From a virus: a stretch of DNA of 42,542 bases. Position 1 is the stretch's first letter. Each line of letters opens with the position of its first letter. Positions 27,092-36,240 of the stretch are shown one piece after another. Below the pieces are notes generated by a model that ran no database searches, was not told the origin of the DNA, and worked only from the letters and a program-made list of their open reading frames with translations. The stretch is from the IMG/VR virus record IMGVR_UViG_3300045988_144595, positions 1 through 42,542 of that record, one strand, 5' to 3'. Both the position numbers and the translations under genes were made by a program.

Positions 27092-28011
27092 TGACGGGGA
27101 GGCTTTTTGTTGACGGCAAAGACGCATACACCGAATGGGGGGTGTTTGTTTTGGAGCAGGGCTATAACGACCTTGTGGCAATGCCGCCGCTCAAGCCATT
27201 CGACAGCAACGACTGGCAGGAGGAGGATGGCATCGAGGCAGACCTCTCCGCGCCGGTACTCAACACCAAGGACGTCTCCATACAATTTGCATTCAGCGGC
27301 CTTTATAATCGCTTTGACGATTTCGTCAACCACCTCGCCGATGGCGCATATCATACGTTTGACTGCCGGAGCATCGGGAGGACATACTCGCTGCGGATGA
27401 CGCAGATGCCGAACTTGACACAGGCACAGTATCTCGGGATTTTCGCACTAAAATTCGCGGATGATTATCCGCTCAAAAATTACACATACCAAGCACCGAA
27501 CAGCAGCATCGCCGAAGTGCGCGATTACACGCTGGACGACATCTCGTTCACCAAGTACGGCTGTCGTATTTGCGCAGGAACGCTCGCAAGCGTAAAGAAA
27601 GCAGCAGACGTCAAGACCAATCTCCTGCGCAATATCGCGCGCAAAAGTGGCGCGATTTACGATGGCGCAAGAGTGACATTAAAGAGCAAGGAAGTCAAAC
27701 TGGTTGTGCACGCACGCGCGACCACGCTCGCTGCGCTTTGGCGCAATTACGACGCACTGCTTTACGACCTTACACGACCGGACGAGCGCACGCTTTACGT
27801 TGCCGCGATAGAGCAGGAGTTTCCCTGCGCTTACAAGAGTTGCAGTGTCAAGGCATTTTATCCGCAAGACGTATGGCTTGATTTCGAGTTGACACTGACA
27901 TTCACGCGCGACTTTCGCCTCAACGCAGACGAGACACTCCTTGCCACCGAGGACGGAACGCTCGTATTTACAGAAGATGAAATTAATGCAATAGATTTAA
28001 TGAAATCATGA
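27088..28011 (+). CDS. Distal tail protein (Dit-like).
   Basis: The N-terminus GRLFVDGKDAYTEWGVFVLEQGYNDLVAMPPLKPFDSNDWQEEDGIE resembles siphovirus Dit N-termini. Lies downstream of the tape measure gene. Confidence 0.55.
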   Translation: MMTGRLFVDGKDAYTEWGVFVLEQGYNDLVAMPPLKPFDSNDWQEEDGIEADLSAPVLNTKDVSIQFAFSGLYNRFDDFVNHLADGAYHTFDCRSIGRTYSLRMTQMPNLTQAQYLGIFALKFADDYPLKNYTYQAPNSSIAEVRDYTLDDISFTKYGCRICAGTLASVKKAADVKTNLLRNIARKSGAIYDGARVTLKSKEVKLVVHARATTLAALWRNYDALLYDLTRPDERTLYVAAIEQEFPCAYKSCSVKAFYPQDVWLDFELTLTFTRDFRLNADETLLATEDGTLVFTEDEINAIDLMKS

Positions 28012-29537
28012 AGAAAATCAAAATATCCGAATTACCACAAAGCACGACCTACAACAATCTCGTGACAATCGGAACCAATGCCGACAACGCCTCGGTCAAA
28101 GTCTCGCTTGCACCAGTGGGCGAAATTGACAGCATCAAGGCCTCCGCCGCCGCCGAACACACTGCCATACGACAGAGCCTCGCCAACGCGGTGAGCGAGC
28201 AGCACAATACACTTGGCATCAGCGGTATCGTGGCCTTTGATGGATTTGTCGGAGACGTGACAGACGATACTTCAACGGCTGCGCCGATAGTGCGCGACCC
28301 CAAGGGCAAGGAGCAGCAGGGAGCGGCGACCGTGCATTTTTCGACCGCTGACGGCAACTTTTTAGTCAAGCAGGACGGCTCGTATTATCCAATATGGGAT
28401 GACGATTATTTGTGGCAAGACCGAAATCAGGAGCCGTGGAGCGACAAGGCTTATTACAATGTCAACGACGGCAAGCTGTACAAGATTGGTTCTGACAATC
28501 AGCTGCACGAGATAGCACTGACCAAGCTGCGCGACGACACAGGCATATTGCCGTGTCGCGTGCGCATGGCCGCGCCGCTGGCTGAGCCGACAACCGGGTA
28601 TCCGACCGCGCATAATTACACGATATGGTGGTCGCAGACTGCCAAGGCGTTTTTTGCGGCACTCGGCTATGACGAAGCAGCGCAAGACGATGCGATAGAA
28701 AACTACAATTATTATCCTCTCAGCGTCTGCGACGAGTACACCGATTACTGTACGCTGAGCGGAAGCACACAGACCGCCACGCCGCGCACCGACCGCATCT
28801 TCCGCAGCGGCAACGCCCTGTGGCAGTATGATGCCGCCACAGGGAAGCTGGCCAAACTCATAAACGACCGAAGCCAAACGTGGTTTCGTGATTATTGGAA
28901 TATGTTGTGCGGACAGATACTCACAGAACAAGACAAGTCATACGGAGGCTATGATTATGCAACCGACACCTACACGCTCAACGGTTTGACACTGACCGAG
29001 GCCGAAGCGCGGAGAATTGCGCTTTATGCCGACAAGTCCATCATCAACAGCGACACCGACAGCCGCTTCTCCGGCAATACAGAACGCACGGTTCTGCCAA
29101 TATTTATAATAGGACGAGCAACCGGACGCTCTATGCAACGCGCATTCGGATACGATGCCAGAAAAGAGGCCATCACGTTTCGCCATGGCCAAAACGATGC
29201 GCGCTGCGTTTCAGACATCTCCGAAGCTTTCGCCGGCAACACATCGCTGAAAAGCATCGACGGTCTCAGGCTTGCGCATGGTGCGCAGACCGTTTATGCC
29301 TTTTGGCATTGCTACGCATTAGAAACATTACAGCTCTACAACCTCGACAGCGACCTCAACCTTGGCGACTGCTCCGAGTTGACAATCGACTCGGTAATGT
29401 TTATCCTGGCGCGTTCAGCAGCGACTACGAAACGCACCCTGACCTTGCACCACAATGTATATTCACAGCTGACACCGGTACATATAGCAGAAGCACTTAA
29501 CAAAAACATCTCCATCGCCGAAGCCGCAGAACAATAA
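28008..29537 (+). CDS. Tail-associated protein with a C-terminal BspA-like leucine-rich repeat region (candidate receptor-binding or adhesin protein).
   Basis: AFAGNTSLKSIDGLRLAHGAQTVYAFWHCYALETLQLYNLDSDLNLGDCSELT. Confidence 0.5.
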   Translation: MKKIKISELPQSTTYNNLVTIGTNADNASVKVSLAPVGEIDSIKASAAAEHTAIRQSLANAVSEQHNTLGISGIVAFDGFVGDVTDDTSTAAPIVRDPKGKEQQGAATVHFSTADGNFLVKQDGSYYPIWDDDYLWQDRNQEPWSDKAYYNVNDGKLYKIGSDNQLHEIALTKLRDDTGILPCRVRMAAPLAEPTTGYPTAHNYTIWWSQTAKAFFAALGYDEAAQDDAIENYNYYPLSVCDEYTDYCTLSGSTQTATPRTDRIFRSGNALWQYDAATGKLAKLINDRSQTWFRDYWNMLCGQILTEQDKSYGGYDYATDTYTLNGLTLTEAEARRIALYADKSIINSDTDSRFSGNTERTVLPIFIIGRATGRSMQRAFGYDARKEAITFRHGQNDARCVSDISEAFAGNTSLKSIDGLRLAHGAQTVYAFWHCYALETLQLYNLDSDLNLGDCSELTIDSVMFILARSAATTKRTLTLHHNVYSQLTPVHIAEALNKNISIAEAAEQ

Positions 29538-29543
29538 ACGCTT

Positions 29544-30617
29544 ATGACCAAAATAAACTACAAATCAGATTTCGACTTTATTCTCACCTTGCGTGATGCG
29601 CAAGGCAACGACATTGGCTTCCCAAAATTCAACTGGGAGGCGCGTTTTTGGACTTTCTCGCCGATGTGCGCAATGACAGCCTCATGCCACGATGGCGAGT
29701 GCGTCAACTGCTTTAACGATAACGGCAAAATCCACATCGTTTTTAATGCGCCGACCTTGGGCTGCAGACAGCTGCGTGTCGAATTGGTGACGCACCGCGA
29801 AAACGATATTTACCCCGATGGCGAGCGCACGCTGTACACACCGGACGTTCTCGACATTGAGCTCGTCAGCGGAAAGGGCGATGCGGAGGACGTCAACGCC
29901 GATATTGTTTTCCCTGCGACCGGGACGGCGAAAGTCCTGCCAAGGATTGAAGTCCGTGTGTGCCGAGATAAAAACGTTGACGGCAAAGACCCAACAAATA
30001 ATGGTCGTGCCTACTTGCGCTTGCTTAACGCACAACCGTATTTGGATGCAGGATACAAACCTATTTTGTTACGTAAATGCGTGCGCAAGCAGCAGTACCG
30101 CAAAAAAGGAGGAGATGATAACCGATGGGACGTGCACACAAAAGGCTGGCATATACGCGGAAGTCAGGAAACTTTGCGCTTGACGCCAACGCAGCTCGGC
30201 AGCTTTGACGACAACATCGAACACATTGTGGCGATTACCGAGGACGAATTCTTTAATTTCGCCAGTATAAACTACTCCTTAAAAGCCATTGATTTTGTTA
30301 AGCCACATCCTCCGAAATTCAATGGCGTCGAATGGCCAAACCCGAACGACATCGTTGTATCATGGGGTACTCGTCGTATACGCATATACGATGACGACGG
30401 CAGCGAAGATGGCAGCGCTTCAATCAACGCACCAATTCGCTTCAAGTTCGGCATAGCCTTTCAAAAAGACTCGAACTTCGACAAAACGCAGCTCAATTTG
30501 CCGATTAGCGAAATCGTTTCTAATATAGCGACATTTTCGGTTCTTTTTAATGGGTCACAGACTTCCATCGACAAGAAAGACGCGACAAATGCAGATTGTT
30601 ACCGCTTTGGATATTAG
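29544..30617 (+). CDS. Hypothetical structural protein.
   Basis: 357-aa ORF in the tail region. Confidence 0.5.
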   Translation: MTKINYKSDFDFILTLRDAQGNDIGFPKFNWEARFWTFSPMCAMTASCHDGECVNCFNDNGKIHIVFNAPTLGCRQLRVELVTHRENDIYPDGERTLYTPDVLDIELVSGKGDAEDVNADIVFPATGTAKVLPRIEVRVCRDKNVDGKDPTNNGRAYLRLLNAQPYLDAGYKPILLRKCVRKQQYRKKGGDDNRWDVHTKGWHIRGSQETLRLTPTQLGSFDDNIEHIVAITEDEFFNFASINYSLKAIDFVKPHPPKFNGVEWPNPNDIVVSWGTRRIRIYDDDGSEDGSASINAPIRFKFGIAFQKDSNFDKTQLNLPISEIVSNIATFSVLFNGSQTSIDKKDATNADCYRFGY

Positions 30618-30630
30618 CCAAACAAAAAAA

Positions 30631-30707
30631 GCGGTTCGTTACACGAGCCGCCTATCTCGCTGTTCGTCACACGAGCAGCCTATACCGTGGTTCGTCACAC
30701 GAGCCAC
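30631..30707 (+). repeat. Three tandem 21-nt hairpins with a 28-nt period and compensatory stem changes.
   Basis: GCGGTTCG-TTACA-CGAGCCGC (30631-51), GCTGTTCG-TCACA-CGAGCAGC (30659-79), GTGGTTCG-TCACA-CGAGCCAC (30687-707). The spacers are CTATCTC and CTATACC. Confidence 0.85.
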
Positions 30708-30751
30708 GACGCAACAAAGATATATATTTTTTTCTAACAGCACAAAAGAAT

Positions 30752-31087
30752 ATGCTAAAAATAACAGATAAAGGACAATACAGAGAGATTACAGCCACTT
30801 CTGGCTACCTGCACCGCATCGGCACGGAGGTATACGCAAAGTCATGCATAATGCTACCGACAGATAAGGAGGAAGATTTTGAAGAAGTGGCAGCAGTGCC
30901 GAAATACACAGAGAGGGACTACAAGGAACGCGTTGAACGCCTTATCCGAGAACGCTACTCCGTTGCGGACGAGCTGGGCATACTGCGCCAGCGCGACACC
31001 AAGCCCGAAGAATATGCCGAGTATTACGCCTTTGCAGAAGCCTGCAAGGCGAAAGCACGCGCCGAAATCGCCGCGAACGGAAACTAA
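30752..31087 (+). CDS. Hypothetical protein (XkdW/tail-fibre-assembly-like C-terminus, weak).
   Basis: 111 aa from MLKITDK. Contains ERYSVADELGILRQRDTKPEEYAEYYAFAEACK. Confidence 0.45.
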   Translation: MLKITDKGQYREITATSGYLHRIGTEVYAKSCIMLPTDKEEDFEEVAAVPKYTERDYKERVERLIRERYSVADELGILRQRDTKPEEYAEYYAFAEACKAKARAEIAANGN

Positions 31088-31147
31088 AATAACGCAGTCG
31101 CTTATTTTAGTTTCGCCGATTAAAATAAAATAAACTGCAAGCAAACC

Positions 31148-31450
31148 ATGGCAACGCTAAACAACCTCGAAAGACCGACAATGCACTTCTCGCGCCACCG
31201 GCACAGCTACGGTATCGTGGTATACGCCGAGTTTGAAGACACGTACGGAGTGAGCCGTTGGCATCCGGTGCGGAATTTCGGCGACAATCAAAGCGAAGCA
31301 TACTACTTTATGCGGTATGCTTACGAGTTGAAAGAGTCGCGATTAAGGATGCTCGTAGAAAGCTACGACCCTGAAGTGGTAGTCGTCAACGGTGACCGCA
31401 AATTCGGAGAATTTAACAAAATTAAAAAGAAACACGAACAACAAACGTAA
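31148..31450 (+). CDS. Hypothetical protein.
   Basis: 100-aa ORF. Confidence 0.5.
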   Translation: MATLNNLERPTMHFSRHRHSYGIVVYAEFEDTYGVSRWHPVRNFGDNQSEAYYFMRYAYELKESRLRMLVESYDPEVVVVNGDRKFGEFNKIKKKHEQQT

Positions 31451-31455
31451 AACAC

Positions 31456-31974
31456 ATGAGCCAACACATTAACGACATCGCACGCTGGATTTTCGCCTTA
31501 GCAGGCGGAGTGCTGACAATTCTCGAGCCGACTGCACCTTATTTGCTAATTTGTACATTGTTGATTTTCGCGGATTGCATCTCTGCGTGGTCGCTTGCAC
31601 GACGCGCGGCAAAAACGCATCCGGACAAAGTGCACAAAGACGCGCACAAATTTCAAAGCCACCACTTCGGCCATGTGCTGCAGACGCTTATCAAGAGCTA
31701 CGCGCTGATTATCATGGCGTATCTCATCGGCAGACATATTACCGATAGCATACCCATCGACTTGGCCAAAGTAGCCGCAGGCGCAATATGTTTTTGGCAA
31801 ATTTGGTCGATTTTGGAAAACGAGAGCTCGTGCAACGGCGCCCATTGGGCAAAGGTCGCGCAGAAGATACTGGTCGACAAGACCAGCCGGCACTTCGACA
31901 TCGACCTCAGCGGATTGTGTAACGACACCGAAAAAGATACCAAAGCCGCCGAGAAGCAGGAGGAAAACAAATGA
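31456..31974 (+). CDS. Holin (phage holin 4_1-like family).
   Basis: Multiple TM helices, FADCISAW and FWQIWSILENESSCNG motifs, charged C-terminal tail. Confidence 0.65.
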   Translation: MSQHINDIARWIFALAGGVLTILEPTAPYLLICTLLIFADCISAWSLARRAAKTHPDKVHKDAHKFQSHHFGHVLQTLIKSYALIIMAYLIGRHITDSIPIDLAKVAAGAICFWQIWSILENESSCNGAHWAKVAQKILVDKTSRHFDIDLSGLCNDTEKDTKAAEKQEENK

Positions 31975-34900
31975 AAATATATAGCGCAGACAAAACATTA
32001 TTGCTTGATGTCGAAGTTGACGATAACAGCTATCGCAACCGCTCCATCATGGGCGAAGACAACCTCATCCTATATTATTCGCTTGCCGAGCATGTAGAAG
32101 TGCCGGTCGGCGCGTATTGCGTGTTTGAGGGGCGCACATACACGCTGTTGCGACCGCAAGACATCAAGATGCAGCACACGCGGAATTTTGTCTACACGGT
32201 CACTTTTTCCGCAGACCAAGACAAGGCAAAAACGTGGAAGTTCCGCAATACCGTGGACGGACGGCTGCGCTTCTCTCTTACAGCCAAGCCGCACGAACAT
32301 TTGCAGATGTTTGTCGACAATATGAACCGCCGCGACAGCGGCTGGACTATCGGCGAGTGCATCACCGACACCGAAAAGCTCGTCACGTACGACCATGATT
32401 ATTGCTATACAGCATTATCCAAGATAGCATCAGCGTTCGAGACCGAATACGAAATCAACGGCAAGCAGGTGTCGCTGCATAAAGTCGAGTACAACAAGAG
32501 CAATCCGCTGGCGCTGGCGTATGGCAAGGGCAACGGACTCAAGCCGGGCGTTGGCCGCAGCAACAGCGGCGACACACCGGCGATTGAAATCTTATATGTG
32601 CAGGGTGGCGACCGCAACATCGACCGAAGCAAGTACCCGGAGGACGAGAACCTCCGCGCTACAAGCAACGGCTGCCTGCTGTTGCCGGTCGGCCAAACGT
32701 TGGCATACGATGGCGAGCATTTCGAGGACGAGCAAGGCTTTGTTGCCGCCAACGCTCGGCATTATAAGGTCGACAATCAAGGTCTCAGCATCACCAACAC
32801 CGACCGCACTCCCTCGTCTTATGCAGAGGACAGCCTCGACCGCTCAGACGATTACCCTAAGCGCGTGGGGACAATTTCGAGCGTTGTCGCGGTAGACGCC
32901 GAGCAACATTTTTATGATTTTGTTGACGCGAGTATTCCGCAAAACCTTGATTATTCCAAATGTATTATCGGAGATGAAAAAATGTCCGTTATCTTCCAGT
33001 CTGGCGAGTTGGCCGGGCGCGAATTTGACGTGAAATATTATCACGAAGCCGTGGGCAACAAGGCCGCTCGCCGCTTCGAGATAATACCGCAGGAGATAGA
33101 CGGAGTGACCATGCCGGGCGGAACGTTTTTGCCAAAGGCAGATGACACCTACGCGGTATTCGGCTGCATGCTGCCGCAAGCATATATTTGCGATAATGAC
33201 TCCAAGAGCGGTGCATCGTGGGGCATGTTTCGCGCAGCCGTAAAATACTTATTTGACAACGAGGACACCAAGTTAACCTTCACCGGCGAGCTTGACGGAA
33301 TATGGGCAAAAAAAGACTGGACGAACATCGGCGCCAAAATACGCCTCGGCGGCTTCGTGCGCTTCACAGACGCACGTCTTGCACCGAATGGAGTGCTCAT
33401 CCGCATCACCGGCATCAAGGATTATATCAACAATCCGCATGCGCCGAAGATTGAGCTGAGCAACGAGACGGTCTCGGGCAGCGTTTCGACCACAATTAAA
33501 ACAATCAAGAGCGCAACAGAGGTATCAATTGACGAGAGCCATCGCGACGCAATACAATTCACAAAACGGCGCTTCCGCGATGCCAAGGAGACGATGGAGA
33601 TGCTCGAGGCAGCGCTCGCGGACGATTTTTCCAGCCGCATAAACCCGATAGCAGTGGAGACCATGCAGATGCTTGTCGGAGACGAGAGTTTGCAGTTCCG
33701 CTTTGTCAAGTCGGTCGACAATCCGACACCGGCAGCGCATAGTGTCGCGTGGAACGCAGAGACCAAAAAGCTGACCGCGCAGGCCGGTATTATCCAACAC
33801 TTGACGCTCGGCATCAAGACGCTCAGCGCCGAGCATAAGCCGACCGAGTACCGCTACTGGTCGGTGGCCGCGTTCGAGAGCGCAGCGCTGGAGGACGCCT
33901 CCGCAAAGTATTTTCTCTATATTCGAGCCGCGCGACAGTCCATATCATCGCCGGGCGCTGCGACATTCCGCCTTGAGACCACACCGCACGCGCTTAGCGA
34001 TGGAAACTACTACTGGCTGCTCGTGGGCATTCTCAATAGCGAGTATGACGGAGAACGCAGCTTCGCTACACTTTACGGCTACACGGAGATATTACCCGGG
34101 CGCATCACGACCGAACGCATCACGAATACAGACGGAGACGCCTACTTTGATTTGCAGGCCTCGGCGTTCAAACTAAAAGACCGCCTCGATTTCAACACCG
34201 CAGGTGATGGCGAGCTGCGGCTCAAAGGGACACTCGTGCAGAGCCGAGGGGGAGAGGTAGAGACACCGCTCGGCTGCTTTCGTGGCGAGTACAACGCGAC
34301 ATATACCTATTATTATGGCGACGACGTCACATATCAGCCGGAGGCCGACCAACCCACATCGACATACCGCTGTATCTCGACAACACCAATATCCAACGTA
34401 TGGCCGACCGACACCTCCAAGTGGCAGGTCATCGCGCAAGGCGTGGCAGGAGAGCCGGGCGCTCCGGGCATACACCCGGCAGCAGTATATCGCGGATATT
34501 TTCGCACGGGGCAAACCTATTACGGCAACACCAACCGCGTGGACATCGTCAAGAGCGGCAGCACTTATTATATTGCCAAGACAGACGCGCCGAACGGAAT
34601 GGGCGGATTTTCGGGTACGGCAGTCGCACCGCCGAACCCGACATATTGGCTGAACTTCGGTGCGTCTTTCGACAGCGTAGCCACCGCGCTCCTGCTCGCG
34701 GAGAATGCGAATATCGCCAATCTTATATTTCGCAACGAGCGACTCGAAAGCTCTGCGCAGACCAACGGCGTACCGAACTTCTACCTCGATGGCCTGCAGA
34801 ATGTCGCATCATTCGCAGCAGGAAATGTGCGCTTTGATGGCGCGTCCGCCAAAATAGGATGGATGTATATTGATGGCAGAGACCTTGTGGGCATTGACAA

Positions 34901-35591
34901 CACCGGCATCGAGCGCATACGCATAACACCGAATGCATTGCCAAGTGCGACAGCTGCAGGGACGACCGAGATACTCGTAATCAAGGCGTACGGAGGTAAT
35001 GCCGAGTATACGGGCGAAACAGACACCGAGGTGTCGTTTACTTATCAAGCCGCCTTCGACGACAGCTCCGAAATACAGGTCTATGACAACATGCTATCGG
35101 CATACGTTGAGTATGACATTGCCGAGGCTTCGACGCGCATCGACCTGCGTCAAATACAGTATACAATCAACCTCAAGAACGGAACTGGTCAGACAGTCTC
35201 GCCGACGACCATCCGATGCTCGGCAAGGGCATACAGGCAGGTCGGCAGTGCGTGGGACTTCGTTACGAGCGCATCCATATCGGACGGACAGCTCGAAGTG
35301 ACGCTGCCAAAGGCCGGAAGATACCGAATTTGGATTACCCTCGAAGTATACGCGCCGGCAGTATCCGCGTGGAGTGGACTGATAGGTATATCCGCGCAAG
35401 GCATCACCGCGAAAACGGCAAAGGAGAAATTCTTTGCTGCAAAGGACGGAATTATGGCAATATATAATAGCAATTACTTTCGCTTCGACTCCACCGAGGG
35501 CTTTATTGTTCGCGTTGGTAATTACGGAATGCTTATTAATTCAGCCGGCATCAAAAAGATGACGGACGGCAAGACATGGCAAGATTTTTAA
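31971..35591 (+). CDS. Tail-associated lysin/baseplate hub protein (Tal-like) with a long C-terminal fibre or host-recognition region.
   Basis: 1206 aa. The N-terminus MKIYSADKTLLLDVEVDDNSYRNRSIMGEDNLILYYSL...GRTYTLLRPQ resembles the prophage tail endopeptidase/Tal family. Confidence 0.7.
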   Translation: MKIYSADKTLLLDVEVDDNSYRNRSIMGEDNLILYYSLAEHVEVPVGAYCVFEGRTYTLLRPQDIKMQHTRNFVYTVTFSADQDKAKTWKFRNTVDGRLRFSLTAKPHEHLQMFVDNMNRRDSGWTIGECITDTEKLVTYDHDYCYTALSKIASAFETEYEINGKQVSLHKVEYNKSNPLALAYGKGNGLKPGVGRSNSGDTPAIEILYVQGGDRNIDRSKYPEDENLRATSNGCLLLPVGQTLAYDGEHFEDEQGFVAANARHYKVDNQGLSITNTDRTPSSYAEDSLDRSDDYPKRVGTISSVVAVDAEQHFYDFVDASIPQNLDYSKCIIGDEKMSVIFQSGELAGREFDVKYYHEAVGNKAARRFEIIPQEIDGVTMPGGTFLPKADDTYAVFGCMLPQAYICDNDSKSGASWGMFRAAVKYLFDNEDTKLTFTGELDGIWAKKDWTNIGAKIRLGGFVRFTDARLAPNGVLIRITGIKDYINNPHAPKIELSNETVSGSVSTTIKTIKSATEVSIDESHRDAIQFTKRRFRDAKETMEMLEAALADDFSSRINPIAVETMQMLVGDESLQFRFVKSVDNPTPAAHSVAWNAETKKLTAQAGIIQHLTLGIKTLSAEHKPTEYRYWSVAAFESAALEDASAKYFLYIRAARQSISSPGAATFRLETTPHALSDGNYYWLLVGILNSEYDGERSFATLYGYTEILPGRITTERITNTDGDAYFDLQASAFKLKDRLDFNTAGDGELRLKGTLVQSRGGEVETPLGCFRGEYNATYTYYYGDDVTYQPEADQPTSTYRCISTTPISNVWPTDTSKWQVIAQGVAGEPGAPGIHPAAVYRGYFRTGQTYYGNTNRVDIVKSGSTYYIAKTDAPNGMGGFSGTAVAPPNPTYWLNFGASFDSVATALLLAENANIANLIFRNERLESSAQTNGVPNFYLDGLQNVASFAAGNVRFDGASAKIGWMYIDGRDLVGIDNTGIERIRITPNALPSATAAGTTEILVIKAYGGNAEYTGETDTEVSFTYQAAFDDSSEIQVYDNMLSAYVEYDIAEASTRIDLRQIQYTINLKNGTGQTVSPTTIRCSARAYRQVGSAWDFVTSASISDGQLEVTLPKAGRYRIWITLEVYAPAVSAWSGLIGISAQGITAKTAKEKFFAAKDGIMAIYNSNYFRFDSTEGFIVRVGNYGMLINSAGIKKMTDGKTWQDF

Positions 35592-35630
35592 CCGAGTTTT
35601 AACCGAATTATTAACCGAGTTTTTAACCGA
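35588..35630. repeat. Four direct copies of TTAACCGA at 11-12 bp spacing, between the Tal stop and the endolysin start.
   Basis: Copies start at 35588, 35599, 35611 and 35623. Confidence 0.8.
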
Positions 35631-35646
35631 TAAACACAGGAATACA

Positions 35647-36240
35647 ATGATTGTACTGATTGACAACGGCCACGGGGTGGAGACACCCGGCAAGCGCAGC
35701 CCCGACGGACGACTGCGCGAGTACGCGTGGGCGCGCGAGATTGCCCAGCTCATAGCCATATCCCTGCAGCGCGAGGGCGTCGAGGCACGGCTGCTCGTAC
35801 CTGAGACCACCGACATACCGCTGCGTGTGCGCACGCGACGCGTCAACGAGGTATGCGACGCCGAGGGCGCACGCAATGTCTGCCTCGTCAGCATCCACAA
35901 CAACGCAGCAGGCGCTGACGGAAAATGGCACGATGCTCGTGGCTGGTCGGTATATGTTTACGATGCAGCAGGACGAGGCAGCCGAAAACTGGCAGAGATG
36001 CTGACGGCTGAAGCCAAGAGGCGTGACCTTATGGGCAACCGCTATGTACCGACCTGCGGCTATTGGATGGGCAATTTGGCCATTCTCCGCGACACAAAGT
36101 GCGCAGCGGTACTGACCGAAAATTTATTTCAAGACAACCGCGAAGACGTTGCATATTTGCTCAGCGAGACCGGCAAAGCCGAACTGACCGACCTGCACGT
36201 CCGAGCCATCACCGAGTATGTAAAGCAATGCGAGCAATAG
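35647..36240 (+). CDS. N-acetylmuramoyl-L-alanine amidase (Amidase_3-type endolysin).
   Basis: IDNGHGVETPGKRSPDG, VSIHNNAAG, LAILRDTKCAAVLTENLFQDN. Confidence 0.9.
   Translation: MIVLIDNGHGVETPGKRSPDGRLREYAWAREIAQLIAISLQREGVEARLLVPETTDIPLRVRTRRVNEVCDAEGARNVCLVSIHNNAAGADGKWHDARGWSVYVYDAAGRGSRKLAEMLTAEAKRRDLMGNRYVPTCGYWMGNLAILRDTKCAAVLTENLFQDNREDVAYLLSETGKAELTDLHVRAITEYVKQCEQ

Noticed and set aside
31085-31109. AT-rich hairpin TAAAATAACG...CGCTTATTTTA after the 30752..31087 gene, as a possible terminator.
   Set aside because: The stem is almost entirely A-T with a bulge, so it is too weak to call without transcript data.
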